Source of the DNA: an uncultured Thermoplasmatales archaeon
GTDB lineage: Archaea > Thermoplasmatota > Thermoplasmata > Thermoplasmatales > GCA-001856825
Length of the DNA stretch: 61,659 bases
Direction of reading: 5' to 3'
Assembly (NCBI GenBank): GCA_964389625.1
Contig: CAYMEF010000002.1
Coordinates: 1-61,659 of the forward strand
The notes below the pieces were generated by a model. It was not told the DNA's origin, made no database searches, and saw nothing but the letters and a program-made list of their open reading frames with translations. This document shows positions 8,943 to 19,567 of the stretch, in pieces (within the stretch, counting starts at the first letter, position 1; every line of letters starts with the position of its first letter). The position numbers and the translations under genes are program-made.

Positions 8943-11900
8943 TTGAATAATAAAAAGGTTGCCAGGGGGATGGCATTGAGTGTAGCACTAGCAATAGTGC
9001 TCTTGATGCTTTCTTCGTCATTTTCCGGTGCTTTATATCCATCAAACCCAACTAATCCTGCGCAGCCCCAGGGGAGTCACGTCTACCTGGTCACTTCGAC
9101 AATAGGAAACCAAAATTATAGCTATTATGAAGAGGTTCAAAACGGGAAGGTTGTGAAAACCTGGCCGTCACCTGCCGCTCCTACCGTTCTCAATAACTCG
9201 GGTTCAAGTCCTTCTCAGATGGCGAATTCTTCGCCTTCAATAGAACCTTCGAGTGAGAAAAACACTAGCCAAAGCCTAAGTTCTTTGTCGATTGCTAACA
9301 AAACAGAGCTGAATGGACCTAGGTCTTTTGATGGAGACAAAGGTGGAGGTAGCGGAAATACATTCAACATTACTCAGACATATTCCCTTACGTCTATCAC
9401 ATTGTCCCCTACCTCTTCAAATCTTTACGTCGGGCAAACGTTGAATCTCGTTGGTACTTGGGCCGGAGGACTATCTCCTTATAACTATATCTGGCAGGTC
9501 TCTCGGACTTCATCCGACCACTGGCTCTTCACTTCTTACAACAACTCTTCTAATAAATATTCTGCAAACTTAAATTTCACTCCCGACCATCCCGGAACGT
9601 ACTTGATAAACTTAACGGTTAACGGTACGGGCAAAGGAAATGGGCTATATGCATATTCTGTCATCTCCGTTCAACCACAACCCTCCACGAATACCGATAA
9701 CAACCAGTTTAGTTTGGACAATGTTACCTTGAACCCTACCACCTCGGTGATGTATTCCGGTAGTCCAATCGATTTCGTAGGGAAATGGAGGGGTAGTTCA
9801 AGTGCATACAACTACGCATGGGTTATTACCACTGATCCGACACAATGGAAATCCTACTATGAAGGAGAAACCAACCAAATAGATAATTTCAATACGACAA
9901 CTGGGACTTCAACTGGCTTCAGTTTCAATCCAGTATACGGTTCGTTTGGTGTTTTTTACCTCTACCTATATGTGACTCCATCCAATGGGAAATTGGCCGG
10001 ACCTGGTAATCAACAGGATTCATTGGTTGCTTTCACGCAGATCATTCTACTCCCCGGTACGCCCGGAGTGACTTCTGTTACCATCTCGCCCACTTCGATT
10101 AATTACAACAATGACTCTGGACTCCTAACGTTCAAGGGAAACTGGACCGGTGGGGCTCCACCCTATTCTTATGCTTGGTTTGTGACCTATCGCGATACGA
10201 TAAAAACCCCATACATCCTTCAGTTTAGCTCCTACAACTATACCAATAAGGCTTCCGCAACTTTCACGTATGAGCCCACGAATAGCGGCCAGTACTTTGT
10301 TTATCTCTTCGTCAACAGCGCAACTTCCCCAGCTTACGTAATGGCAGTTTCCCAGATAAATTCTAAGGAAAATCCTCAACCCACCGTACAGCAGATTACG
10401 ATCACCCCAACCACAGTGGACGCAAGCATCGGAGAGTCGGTGACTTTCAATGCTAATTGGACAGGCGGCATTTCCCCGTATACCTATTTGTGGTATGTCT
10501 CTTCTTACTTCCCTCACTGGCAGAAGGGGGCTCACAACTTCAATACGGTAAATACAACGATAACTCCCAATGCTCAGTTTACATATATTCCAGATAGTTA
10601 CGGTATTTTTTACGTGTATTTGTTTGTAAACAATCACGTAAGTCAGAATTCGCAGCCCGGAAGCAACGATGAAGATGAAGGTCTGGCCCTGATTGCCACA
10701 GCCGAATTGAGCGTCCTTCATCCATCCTTACCTCTGACTTCTTCGGCAATTTCGCTTTCTCCCGCCAGCACGACAGTTGGAAATCCCGTGACCGCTACGG
10801 TCGAGTCCGGATATGGCATAGCTCCGTTCAGTTATTCCTGGGCGGTAACAACTTCTGGCCAACCCGCTACCGGAGATTATACAGCTACGGGTGATCAAAT
10901 CACCTTTTCCAGCCCAGGAACGTTTGAAGTTACAGTTACTGTAACAGACTCCAATGGACAAACCGCCTCCCTGACACAAACAATTACTGTGATAGGCCCA
11001 CTGACAGTATCGGTTGCAATATCGGGAAGTAGAACTATAGACAGCGGTCAGTCTGCCACCCTTCTAGCAACATCTATCACAGGGGGTACGTCACCATACA
11101 TTGGTCAGTGGCTGGAGTCGGCTCCCTCGTCCTCAAACTTCATAAACCTAGGTAATCAGTTTTCCGTCACAAGCAGCGATCTCTCAGCGGCAACAATTTC
11201 TAGCGGGATCCTGACTATTACGGGAACGTGGTTGTTCGAACTCAAGATCACTGACACCTCGTATACAGTTGCATATTCTAGTCCGATCTCCATTACAGTT
11301 AACCCACAACTAACCGTTGCACTGTCTGCTTCCAGTACTGGAATCGACTCGGGTGGTTCTGTCACTTTCACGAATTCAACGACCGGCGGGACGCAGCCAT
11401 ACACGTTCGGTTATACGGTCACCCCGGCCACAGGCTGGACTCAATCGAGCAATCCGGGAAACACTTTTACATTTACGGCCGCTGGCACATACAAGGTAAC
11501 GCTTACGGTTACCGATTTTGCGGGTTCCATAGTTTCCTCTTCTACAGTAACCATTACTGTTACATCGCTGCCCACGATCTCGGTTCAACCGCAATCTTAC
11601 TCAATAGACCCAGAACAGGTTTTCAGCCCGCTTACTTCCACTGTTGAATATGGTAGTGGCACCTATACCTGGCAATGGTACTCTGGCTCTCCAGGGAGCG
11701 GTTCAGCCGTTCCTCAAGCTTCTGGAAGCGGTACTTCTGCAACATTTACTCCAACACAGGGTGGTTTATACTATGTTATCTTTACAGACTCGTCAAACCA
11801 GATTGCGACATCCAACGCGGCCGTAGTGAAAGAAAATCAGAACCCGTCCGTTGTCGTTACACCATCTTCGGCTACGATTGTGACGTCACAGCAGTTGCCG

Positions 11901-14900
11901 CTTTCGTCAGCAGTCTCAGGGGGGTCGGGTTCATTCTCCTACTCCTGGACCATCGGAGGAAGTGGGACAGTCGTCGGAACAGCTTCTGGCTACTCGTTCT
12001 CGGAATCAACTTCTGGCACTTATAAAGTCTGGCTGAATGTGACCGATACGGGGACCACTCCTCAGTTTGTAATCACTGCAGTTTCAGTCTCGATAACGGT
12101 AATGACGGCTCCTACAGTTAAAGTGTCTCCTCCGTCAGCCACCATAGACGCATCCCAGTCGATCGTGCTTACTGTCTCGGTTAACGGAGGCTCTGGCACT
12201 TATGTGTACGCCTGGAGCATTGGTGGAAGTCCGACCTCTGTTGGGAGTACTCAATCTTATCAGTTCTCGGAATCAACAGCGAAGACTTACAAGATTTGGC
12301 TGAACGTTACCGACGAAGGAACCAACTTGCCTTATGTTATAACAACGACCGTTTCTATAGTAGTTGATGCATCACCTTCGATTGACGTCGAACCCAACTC
12401 AGCAATAATCGACTCCGGGCAATCGGTTACACTGACATCCACTGTAATCGGTGGTACGGGGCAATTCTCCTGGCAATGGTATGATACATCAGGTGCTATT
12501 TCCGGAGCTTCCGGAAGTGGAACAACTGCTTCTCATTCCTTTTCTACAGCAGATTCGGATATTTACGTCATTTTCACCGATACTGGAACTTCATCCGGAG
12601 CAACTCCAACCTCATCATCGACTTCTTCTCCATACGTTTCTGTAACTGTGGACCCGGCACTTTCAATAGTTGACCAGCCAGTGGCTACTATTATAGATAG
12701 CGGACAATCATTGACTCTCTCTTCGACCGTAACAGGTGGGACGGGATCTTATTCGTGGTCTCTCTACACTTCAAGCAACGCTCTCATCGCTTCGGGAACT
12801 GGTGCAGTTGCGTCAAAGAGTTTCTCACCGACATCAACGGCTTCATATTACTTCGAATTTACTGATACTGGAGTCACATCAAGTGCAACTCCTGCTGCAT
12901 CCATCCAGTCCATTATTGTCCAGGTTACGGTCAATCCAGCCCTGGTTCCCGGAATAACTCCATCTTCTGCCACATTACCGGCAGGGCAATCGCAGCAGTT
13001 CGTTTCTACCACAACGGGAGGTTCTGGGAAGTACACATATTCCTGGACAGTAGGCGGAAGCTCCTCAGTCTTAAGCACAACCAGCACTTTCACCTTCAGT
13101 GAGTCCGTACCAGCGTCATATGTGATCTGGATGAACGTGACTGATACGGGGACTACAGTGCCGTACACGCTTTCTGCCAAGGCAACCGTGCTGGTCAATA
13201 CGGCCACCCTTAGTGTTTCATTTGCGTTCAACACTCCCGCATCTGGGAGTGGTTCGCTCGATGCTGGACAGAGTCTCGGCATTAGTGTCACCCCTATAAT
13301 AAGCGGAGGCACAGGTCCCTACTCTTATCAGTGGTTCCTTAATGGTACTGCAAATGTGAATAAACTTGGTGCATCTAGTTCAGCAACATCAGGGACAGCT
13401 ATAGTATATGCGTTTACTCCGCCCGGAAAGGGTACGTATACTTTCTACCTTCAGATATCCTCCAGCGATGGGCTCGTCTCCATGTCTGGCCCGATCACAA
13501 TCTCAGTTTATGCAAAACCATCAATCTCACAACAACCATCCCCGTCTACGATAGATTCTGGACAGACGGTACAGCTGACATCGACAGTTATAGGAGGAAC
13601 GCCATTATTCTCTTGGACCTTGTATTCCTCCTCTGGAACAGCAGTTGCATCAGGATCGGGGAAGACGGAAACTTATTCGTTCAATCCTCAATCGAACGGC
13701 TCCTACTACTTCGTCTTCACTGATACAGGCGTTGCGTCTGGCTCTAGTCCCACCCCCTCAGCTAAATCCAGCGCTGTTTCAGTAACAGTTTATCCGGATC
13801 CCACTGTAACAGTACTACCTGCAACAATAGGTAGCGGTACAGCTGCTACTCTAACAGCAACAGCAGCAGGTGGCTCGAAGACTGGATATTCTTTCAAGTG
13901 GTATTCCGATCCAGGGTTGACCCATCTTGTTTACAGTGGTGACCCATTTAATACTCCAGTTCTCGCTTCTACCACAACGTACTATGTCACGGTCACGGAT
14001 TCCACGGGATTTGTCAGTTCACCTGCATCAGTCGTAGTGACAGTCGTCGGGAGTCTTACATCATCCTCGCTAACAATCTCTCCTACAACAACTGACGTAG
14101 GCTTTCTGGTAACTGGCTCGGTCTCTCCCGGTTCGGGCGTTTCTCCCTACTCATACAGCTGGGTCATAACCCTTTACCCATCAGGATCTGCATCTGGTGA
14201 CTACACTCCCTCATCCAATCATGTTACCTTTACCAAAGCTGGCGTGTATTCCGCAACGTTGACGGTTAAAGACTCCTCTGGTGAGACAGCAAGCATTACC
14301 GATACGATAACAGTAAATGCACTCCCAACCATTTCCATATCTCCTTCCACGATCACAGTTGACGCGGGAAGTTCAGTAACTTTCACGTACACCAGCAGCG
14401 GAGGTACCTCACCGTATACCTACGGATGGGGTTACTCTGTCGCCTCTGGAATAACCCAGACGGGAAACCAGTTCACATTTGCGAACACGGGCAATTTCAC
14501 TATAAAACTGTTCTTCAACGATTCCGTTGGCGGTAGCGGGTACGCAACAGCCACGGTATCTGTCAACACCCAGCCGGTGATAGTTATTTCCACACTCAAC
14601 GTTACAGTCAGAGCAGCATCATCAATCGATAGTGGCACATCCACTAGTATCGAAATCACAAGTATCAGTGGAACTGGACCATACGTTGCTGTGTTGAAAG
14701 AGGAACCTCCAGGAGAAGGAAGTTATTCGGCGGTTGCAACCACTGCTCAATTTAGTTCAACTCCCGAGTACATTAGCACGGGTATTCTGACTACCATTGG
14801 TCAGTATCACTTTTTGGTTACGGTTACCGAAGTCAGCAATTCGGGGATTTTCGGCAGCTCGCAGCCTATAGTTGTAACTGTTGTAAACGCACCCTCCAGC

Positions 14901-17900
14901 TCCGCCCTGACCATCTCTCCTACTACTACCGATATTGGCCTCCCAATCACTGTCACTGTTGCAAATGGGTATGGAGTTCCCCCATTCGTGTATGCCTGGA
15001 CAGCAACACTCTCCGGAGGTGGGCCTGCGACTGGCGATTATTCGTTCACGAACAATCAGATCACTTTTACCGCAGCAGGAACCTATTCCGTTACAGCGAC
15101 TGTTGAAGATGCTGACGGAATTAGCGTCTCTTCTACTGCTATGGTAATGGTTAACGCGCAACTTGCGCTAACCCTGACTGCGGTTACTCCCACAACCATA
15201 GATAAAGGGCAGACTGTTACATTCTCATACTCGACAACCGGAGGAATGACTCCGTACTCTGTGAGTTATATCGTTTCGTCCATTGGCGGTGGCATAAAAT
15301 TTGGCGCATACTCAATCAGTGGAAACATCATTACTTTCTCCCTGGTCGGACAGTATGAAGTGAGCGCCACGGTAACAGATGCACTAGGGGGCACAGCCAC
15401 ATCATCCTCCCCAATTACTGTTAACGTGAATGCTCTTCCGACGATTACCCTCACTGCATCGGAAACAACTATAGATTCTGGGAACAGTGTTACATTTACC
15501 AATAACACAATGGGCGGGACTCAGCCTTATACTTATATCTGGTCATTCCCGTCCTCAACGGGCATCACCCGGTCTGTCAATACTTTCACATTCGCCAACA
15601 CGGGCAACTTCACAATAACACTCACGATAGTCGACGCGGTCGGAGTGGTCGCCTCTGCATCCGTGCTGATAAGAGTCAACTCATCCCCAATCATAGTGTT
15701 ACAACCAGCCAATTCGTCCAGTCTGCTGGCGTCCTCTAATGAGCAGACTTCTGTGCTATCGGAGCACTCATTCCAACCGCAAAAAAAAACATTAACTGGA
15801 GGCAATGACCCCAAGATTACTCTGGACCAGGACACTCCATGGAGCGTCTATGTTCAGGCGGGAACTGGAACTCCTCCCTTTACATTTAACTGGGCGATAA
15901 AGTACGAGAGCAATAACACTACTCTCAGCAACACCCACTATAACCTGACAAGCAGTAACTCTACATATGTTGATAACGTCGTAAATTTCTTAGTGCAAGG
16001 CACTTTTTATGTGGTCTTGACCGTTGTCGACAAGTATGACTCTACTTCCACGGAATACTTGACGATAGTGGTGGATGCTCCACTTCTCGTTGTTTCAACA
16101 ACGGTGACCGCTACCCCTTCTTCTTTTGATCTGGGAAACAGTACCATGATTGCAGCCACACCGACGATAAGCGGAGGGACCCAGCCCTATTTCTATCAGT
16201 GGTATCTGAACGGTGTATCTTCTGGGAACAAGATATCCGGAGGTTCTGGAACAGCTCTAAGTGGCACTCAGATAACGCTCCCTGAAACGCCTGCAACTGC
16301 AGGTAGCTACACATACTATCTAATTATACATGACAGCGCATATTCTCCTGCTACAAACACCACCAAGGTCACGGTTACAGTTAACAACCTGCTGACGACC
16401 GGCTCGATTGAAATATCACCAACATCCACAGTAATAGATGGGTTGATAAATGCAACAATCAAGTCTGGGTATGGAACTTCTCCCTTCAACTATACCTGGA
16501 CCATCACCCCGATAGGTGGTTCGCCAATCATACAATATGGGCATCAGATCGGGTTGAGCCAGGCAGGGAACTACACAGTCAGTCTAAAGGTCAGGGACGT
16601 AAATGGGAATTTCGCTTACAACAATACGACAGTTAGAATCTATTCATCAAGCCTGGTATTGGTGACAATCAATTCTCCAACATCAACGCAGACAATCGAT
16701 GCCGGCCAGACCCAATCCGTTACCGGCAGTTTCTCCGGAGGCAGCGGGACCTACGAATATGCCTGGATCGTCCAAACTTCAACGACCGCGGTCACTCCTA
16801 GCACTTGGAATACTAGCGCAGTCTCACCCCAGAGTCACACATTTACATTTAATTCCGCCGGTACTTTTTACGTCTTCCTTTATGTCAAGGATACCATTGT
16901 CGGGGACACTCAAAATGCATATCGTGAGGTCAAGGTAAACAACACACTGGCGCAATCTGCGATAACCATCAGTCCCACCTCAACGGATGTAGACAGTCCC
17001 GTCACAGCTTCGGTATCATCTGGGTATGGAACTGCACCCTTCAGTTACTCCTGGAGCGTGTCACTTTACCCCTCTGGTGGATCGGCTGCAGGAGATTACA
17101 ATTCATCGGGGAATCAATTGACGTTCAGCAAGTCTGGGAACTACACAGTCAAAGTAACAGTTAGCGATTCATATACCTCCGCAACTTCTTCAAGCTATAC
17201 CATAGACGTCTCTGTTGTCGTGAGCCTCAGAGCGTCGATTGCCACCTATCCTACCGCCGGAGTGACGGCCATCGACATCAATCACCCCCAGGAATTCCAG
17301 GCAACTGTTGTGGGAGGGAGCGGTTCATATACATATTCATGGGGTCTGAGCGGAACTTCAGGCACGCTGGGCACATCCAGCACCTATACACTCAACGTCT
17401 CTACCCCGGGATTGTATATCGTCTGGCTGAACGTTACTCAGGGCACATACAAGACATCCGCATCTCCACTGACAATCGTGGTCAACCCGCTGCCAAAGGC
17501 CTCCATAGCTAATGGGGGAACCCTACAGGCAGACGTTGGTGAGCCCATTTCGGGTTCAGTGGTTGGTGGAACACCACCATATACTTATTCGTGGTCTGTG
17601 TCTCTGTACCCTTCTAGAAATTCCGCTTCCGGCGATTACACAGTTTCAGGAACTACAATCACATTTAACGCTAAGGGAAACTATTCTTTGGAGTTCATAG
17701 TGAGAGACTACGATGGATCGACCTCTGCGGTTACTGTGACCATAGGAGTAAACGCCGCGTTATCCGGCTCACTTTCACTAATCAATCCACTTTCCTCCGT
17801 GATAGACAGGGGGAATTCGTCACTGTTAACTGTCTCCATTACCGGTGGTTCGGGCAGCTTCTCGTATCAGTGGTATGAGCAGGCCCCAGGAACCAGTTTT

Positions 17901-19421
17901 CCACAACTCATCGTAGGTGCAGTTAATTCAACATATGATTTCGTTACCACACCTGCGACTACTCCCGGGGTCTATCTTTTTAACGCCACAGTCACTGACG
18001 TCAATACTGACCCAGCTGTAGTCAAATCCAACATAATCAGCGTCACTGTACGTTCCACCGTTGTGTATGGGCTTACATTCTCTGAATCTGGTCTTCCCAG
18101 CGGTGCCGTCTGGTATGTTAATCTTACTGCAGGAAAGTCCTATTCTTCTTCAAATTCCAGTATATCACTGTTAGAACCAAACGGGACTTATTCCTACACC
18201 GTTTCAGTGGAAAACAAAACGTTCAAGCTGTCTCAGGCAACAAGTTCTTTCACGGTTACAATCAACGGAACAGCAGTTAGGAAGACGTTCGTGTTCCTTC
18301 CTGTCGTTTACTCCGTCACGTTTCACGAGTATGGACTCATAACTGGAACGGAATGGTTTGTTAATCTAACTGATGGGCAGTCTTACTCTTCTACTCTTTC
18401 CATAATATCTTTCTCTGAAACAAATGGAACCTACACATATACGATTGCGACGGTGAACAAGCAATATAGGCCGACGCAATTTTCCTCCGAGTTTATTGTC
18501 GATGGTAGCTCACTATCGGAACAACCAATCCAGTTCTCACTGCTGAACTATACTGTAACATTTGATGAATCGGGACTTCCAGGCGGGGCAAAATGGTTCG
18601 TGAACCTGTCAAACGGTCAATCATATTCATCTTCAGGTAACGACCTGTCCATCTCTGAACCAAACGGCAGTTACTCTTACACCATAGCCACCCCAAACAA
18701 GATATATTACTCTACTGGGGGGACGCTTGGAGTGAATGGAGCTTCGATCACCGAATACGTCACGTTCTCTCTATATCTCTATAACATCTCATTTACGGAG
18801 ACCGGCCTCTCATCAGGTACCGTTTGGAACATCACCCTCAAAGAAATGAACGGGTTGGTAGCACATTCATCCACTGGACCGATTTACTTTAATGCTGTAA
18901 ACGGCACTTATAATTTCACCATTGGTGGAATACCTGGGTATAGAACTCAGAGCTACAACGTTACTGTAGTTGTTAGAGGTGGAGATATCAAGAATATTGT
19001 TACCTGGACTCCGGTCACGTATCCTGTGACAATAACAGAGAGTGGCCTGGCCCCTGGGTCTAGTTGGTCTGTGGCTCTCACGACTACTTCTTCTACGGGC
19101 CTGGAAAACGTCACTATCCTTAACACAACTTCTGATTCCATCACATTCAACGTTACGAATGGATCGTACTCATACGTTGTCATCCTCCCTAAGGGGTATA
19201 CCGGTTCACCAACAAAGGCAACAATCTCTGTGGTTGGTAGCGGGGTAATCGCTCAGCTAAAGGTTAAGGCTCTACCAAACTACTTACTCATTTGGACAAT
19301 AATAGCTATGATCGCAGTAATGGTAGTGGTTATTGTTATTTATTATATTGGCGAGAAGAAGAGCTTGTTCAAAAGGGATGGTAGGGCTGTAAGTATACGT
19401 CGGGTGAAACAGAAGAAGTGA
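8943..19421 (+). CDS. giant surface protein (3492 aa): signal/TM, S/N-rich linker, ~30 Ig/PKD-like repeats, 5 'VTFxESGLP' modules, C-terminal TM anchor and basic tail
   Basis: Uninterrupted 10.5-kb ORF. TTG start at 8943, or ATG at 8970. The recurrent signature 'GG(T/S)xP(Y/F)xYxW' appears in about 30 repeats. Classical PKD-like ends such as 'TVTDSNGQTASLTQTITV' are present. C-terminal 'LLIWTIIAMIAVMVVVIVIYYIG' is followed by 'EKKSLFKRDGRAVSIRRVKQKK'. Confidence 0.9.
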   Translation: MNNKKVARGMALSVALAIVLLMLSSSFSGALYPSNPTNPAQPQGSHVYLVTSTIGNQNYSYYEEVQNGKVVKTWPSPAAPTVLNNSGSSPSQMANSSPSIEPSSEKNTSQSLSSLSIANKTELNGPRSFDGDKGGGSGNTFNITQTYSLTSITLSPTSSNLYVGQTLNLVGTWAGGLSPYNYIWQVSRTSSDHWLFTSYNNSSNKYSANLNFTPDHPGTYLINLTVNGTGKGNGLYAYSVISVQPQPSTNTDNNQFSLDNVTLNPTTSVMYSGSPIDFVGKWRGSSSAYNYAWVITTDPTQWKSYYEGETNQIDNFNTTTGTSTGFSFNPVYGSFGVFYLYLYVTPSNGKLAGPGNQQDSLVAFTQIILLPGTPGVTSVTISPTSINYNNDSGLLTFKGNWTGGAPPYSYAWFVTYRDTIKTPYILQFSSYNYTNKASATFTYEPTNSGQYFVYLFVNSATSPAYVMAVSQINSKENPQPTVQQITITPTTVDASIGESVTFNANWTGGISPYTYLWYVSSYFPHWQKGAHNFNTVNTTITPNAQFTYIPDSYGIFYVYLFVNNHVSQNSQPGSNDEDEGLALIATAELSVLHPSLPLTSSAISLSPASTTVGNPVTATVESGYGIAPFSYSWAVTTSGQPATGDYTATGDQITFSSPGTFEVTVTVTDSNGQTASLTQTITVIGPLTVSVAISGSRTIDSGQSATLLATSITGGTSPYIGQWLESAPSSSNFINLGNQFSVTSSDLSAATISSGILTITGTWLFELKITDTSYTVAYSSPISITVNPQLTVALSASSTGIDSGGSVTFTNSTTGGTQPYTFGYTVTPATGWTQSSNPGNTFTFTAAGTYKVTLTVTDFAGSIVSSSTVTITVTSLPTISVQPQSYSIDPEQVFSPLTSTVEYGSGTYTWQWYSGSPGSGSAVPQASGSGTSATFTPTQGGLYYVIFTDSSNQIATSNAAVVKENQNPSVVVTPSSATIVTSQQLPLSSAVSGGSGSFSYSWTIGGSGTVVGTASGYSFSESTSGTYKVWLNVTDTGTTPQFVITAVSVSITVMTAPTVKVSPPSATIDASQSIVLTVSVNGGSGTYVYAWSIGGSPTSVGSTQSYQFSESTAKTYKIWLNVTDEGTNLPYVITTTVSIVVDASPSIDVEPNSAIIDSGQSVTLTSTVIGGTGQFSWQWYDTSGAISGASGSGTTASHSFSTADSDIYVIFTDTGTSSGATPTSSSTSSPYVSVTVDPALSIVDQPVATIIDSGQSLTLSSTVTGGTGSYSWSLYTSSNALIASGTGAVASKSFSPTSTASYYFEFTDTGVTSSATPAASIQSIIVQVTVNPALVPGITPSSATLPAGQSQQFVSTTTGGSGKYTYSWTVGGSSSVLSTTSTFTFSESVPASYVIWMNVTDTGTTVPYTLSAKATVLVNTATLSVSFAFNTPASGSGSLDAGQSLGISVTPIISGGTGPYSYQWFLNGTANVNKLGASSSATSGTAIVYAFTPPGKGTYTFYLQISSSDGLVSMSGPITISVYAKPSISQQPSPSTIDSGQTVQLTSTVIGGTPLFSWTLYSSSGTAVASGSGKTETYSFNPQSNGSYYFVFTDTGVASGSSPTPSAKSSAVSVTVYPDPTVTVLPATIGSGTAATLTATAAGGSKTGYSFKWYSDPGLTHLVYSGDPFNTPVLASTTTYYVTVTDSTGFVSSPASVVVTVVGSLTSSSLTISPTTTDVGFLVTGSVSPGSGVSPYSYSWVITLYPSGSASGDYTPSSNHVTFTKAGVYSATLTVKDSSGETASITDTITVNALPTISISPSTITVDAGSSVTFTYTSSGGTSPYTYGWGYSVASGITQTGNQFTFANTGNFTIKLFFNDSVGGSGYATATVSVNTQPVIVISTLNVTVRAASSIDSGTSTSIEITSISGTGPYVAVLKEEPPGEGSYSAVATTAQFSSTPEYISTGILTTIGQYHFLVTVTEVSNSGIFGSSQPIVVTVVNAPSSSALTISPTTTDIGLPITVTVANGYGVPPFVYAWTATLSGGGPATGDYSFTNNQITFTAAGTYSVTATVEDADGISVSSTAMVMVNAQLALTLTAVTPTTIDKGQTVTFSYSTTGGMTPYSVSYIVSSIGGGIKFGAYSISGNIITFSLVGQYEVSATVTDALGGTATSSSPITVNVNALPTITLTASETTIDSGNSVTFTNNTMGGTQPYTYIWSFPSSTGITRSVNTFTFANTGNFTITLTIVDAVGVVASASVLIRVNSSPIIVLQPANSSSLLASSNEQTSVLSEHSFQPQKKTLTGGNDPKITLDQDTPWSVYVQAGTGTPPFTFNWAIKYESNNTTLSNTHYNLTSSNSTYVDNVVNFLVQGTFYVVLTVVDKYDSTSTEYLTIVVDAPLLVVSTTVTATPSSFDLGNSTMIAATPTISGGTQPYFYQWYLNGVSSGNKISGGSGTALSGTQITLPETPATAGSYTYYLIIHDSAYSPATNTTKVTVTVNNLLTTGSIEISPTSTVIDGLINATIKSGYGTSPFNYTWTITPIGGSPIIQYGHQIGLSQAGNYTVSLKVRDVNGNFAYNNTTVRIYSSSLVLVTINSPTSTQTIDAGQTQSVTGSFSGGSGTYEYAWIVQTSTTAVTPSTWNTSAVSPQSHTFTFNSAGTFYVFLYVKDTIVGDTQNAYREVKVNNTLAQSAITISPTSTDVDSPVTASVSSGYGTAPFSYSWSVSLYPSGGSAAGDYNSSGNQLTFSKSGNYTVKVTVSDSYTSATSSSYTIDVSVVVSLRASIATYPTAGVTAIDINHPQEFQATVVGGSGSYTYSWGLSGTSGTLGTSSTYTLNVSTPGLYIVWLNVTQGTYKTSASPLTIVVNPLPKASIANGGTLQADVGEPISGSVVGGTPPYTYSWSVSLYPSRNSASGDYTVSGTTITFNAKGNYSLEFIVRDYDGSTSAVTVTIGVNAALSGSLSLINPLSSVIDRGNSSLLTVSITGGSGSFSYQWYEQAPGTSFPQLIVGAVNSTYDFVTTPATTPGVYLFNATVTDVNTDPAVVKSNIISVTVRSTVVYGLTFSESGLPSGAVWYVNLTAGKSYSSSNSSISLLEPNGTYSYTVSVENKTFKLSQATSSFTVTINGTAVRKTFVFLPVVYSVTFHEYGLITGTEWFVNLTDGQSYSSTLSIISFSETNGTYTYTIATVNKQYRPTQFSSEFIVDGSSLSEQPIQFSLLNYTVTFDESGLPGGAKWFVNLSNGQSYSSSGNDLSISEPNGSYSYTIATPNKIYYSTGGTLGVNGASITEYVTFSLYLYNISFTETGLSSGTVWNITLKEMNGLVAHSSTGPIYFNAVNGTYNFTIGGIPGYRTQSYNVTVVVRGGDIKNIVTWTPVTYPVTITESGLAPGSSWSVALTTTSSTGLENVTILNTTSDSITFNVTNGSYSYVVILPKGYTGSPTKATISVVGSGVIAQLKVKALPNYLLIWTIIAMIAVMVVVIVIYYIGEKKSLFKRDGRAVSIRRVKQKK
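9380..18050 (+). repeat. tandem array of ~30 Ig/PKD-like domain-coding repeats (85-115 codons each, at least 4 interleaved subfamilies)
   Basis: Subfamilies seen by eye: (a) 'GYG(I/V/T)xPFxYxW...GDY...ITF..G.Y..T.TV.D'; (b) 'GGSGx(F/Y)xYxW(T/S)(I/V)GGS...FSES....Y.(I/V)W(L/M)NVTD(T/E)GT'; (c) 'IDSGQ(S/T)(V/L)xLTSTV(I/T)GGT..FSW.(W/L)Y...(V/F)FTDTG(T/V)'; (d) four longer N-terminal units. The repeats are diverged at DNA level. Confidence 0.8.
18058..19265 (+). repeat. five tandem ~80-85-codon 'VTFxExGLPxGxxWxVNLT...EPNGTYxYT' modules
   Basis: 'LTFSESGLPSGAVWYVNLT', 'VTFHEYGLITGTEWFVNLT', 'VTFDESGLPGGAKWFVNLS', 'ISFTETGLSSGTVWNITL', 'VTITESGLAPGSSWSVAL'. Confidence 0.8.
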
Positions 19422-19567
19422 GTTGATTTGATCAATGTTCCCCAATAATCCTGATGTCTGCGTTCCATTAAATACTTTCTTTTTCCTTCCAATACTGAAA
19501 TTCGAACACTCAGATAACTCAATTTACTATGAATCACATAAAATAATTATTAAATACATAAATATAA

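Noticed and set aside
10125-15161. Long antisense ORFs inside the giant gene (10125..10721 at 198 aa, 12848..13312 at 154 aa, 14757..15161 at 134 aa, and many shorter ones). Similar ORFs lie antisense to the 1508-aa gene.
   Set aside because: They lie fully within, and opposite to, a continuous repeat-rich ORF with clear domain structure. Their translations are low-complexity with no motifs. The biased Thr/Ser/Gly/Val codon content of the sense strand suppresses stops on the opposite strand.
9380-18050. Regular ~260-340-bp periodicity that could superficially suggest a repeat array such as a CRISPR or a satellite.
   Set aside because: The periodicity is at protein-domain level. The repeat units are diverged at DNA level and lie in one open reading frame. 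There are no short identical direct repeats separated by unique spacers.
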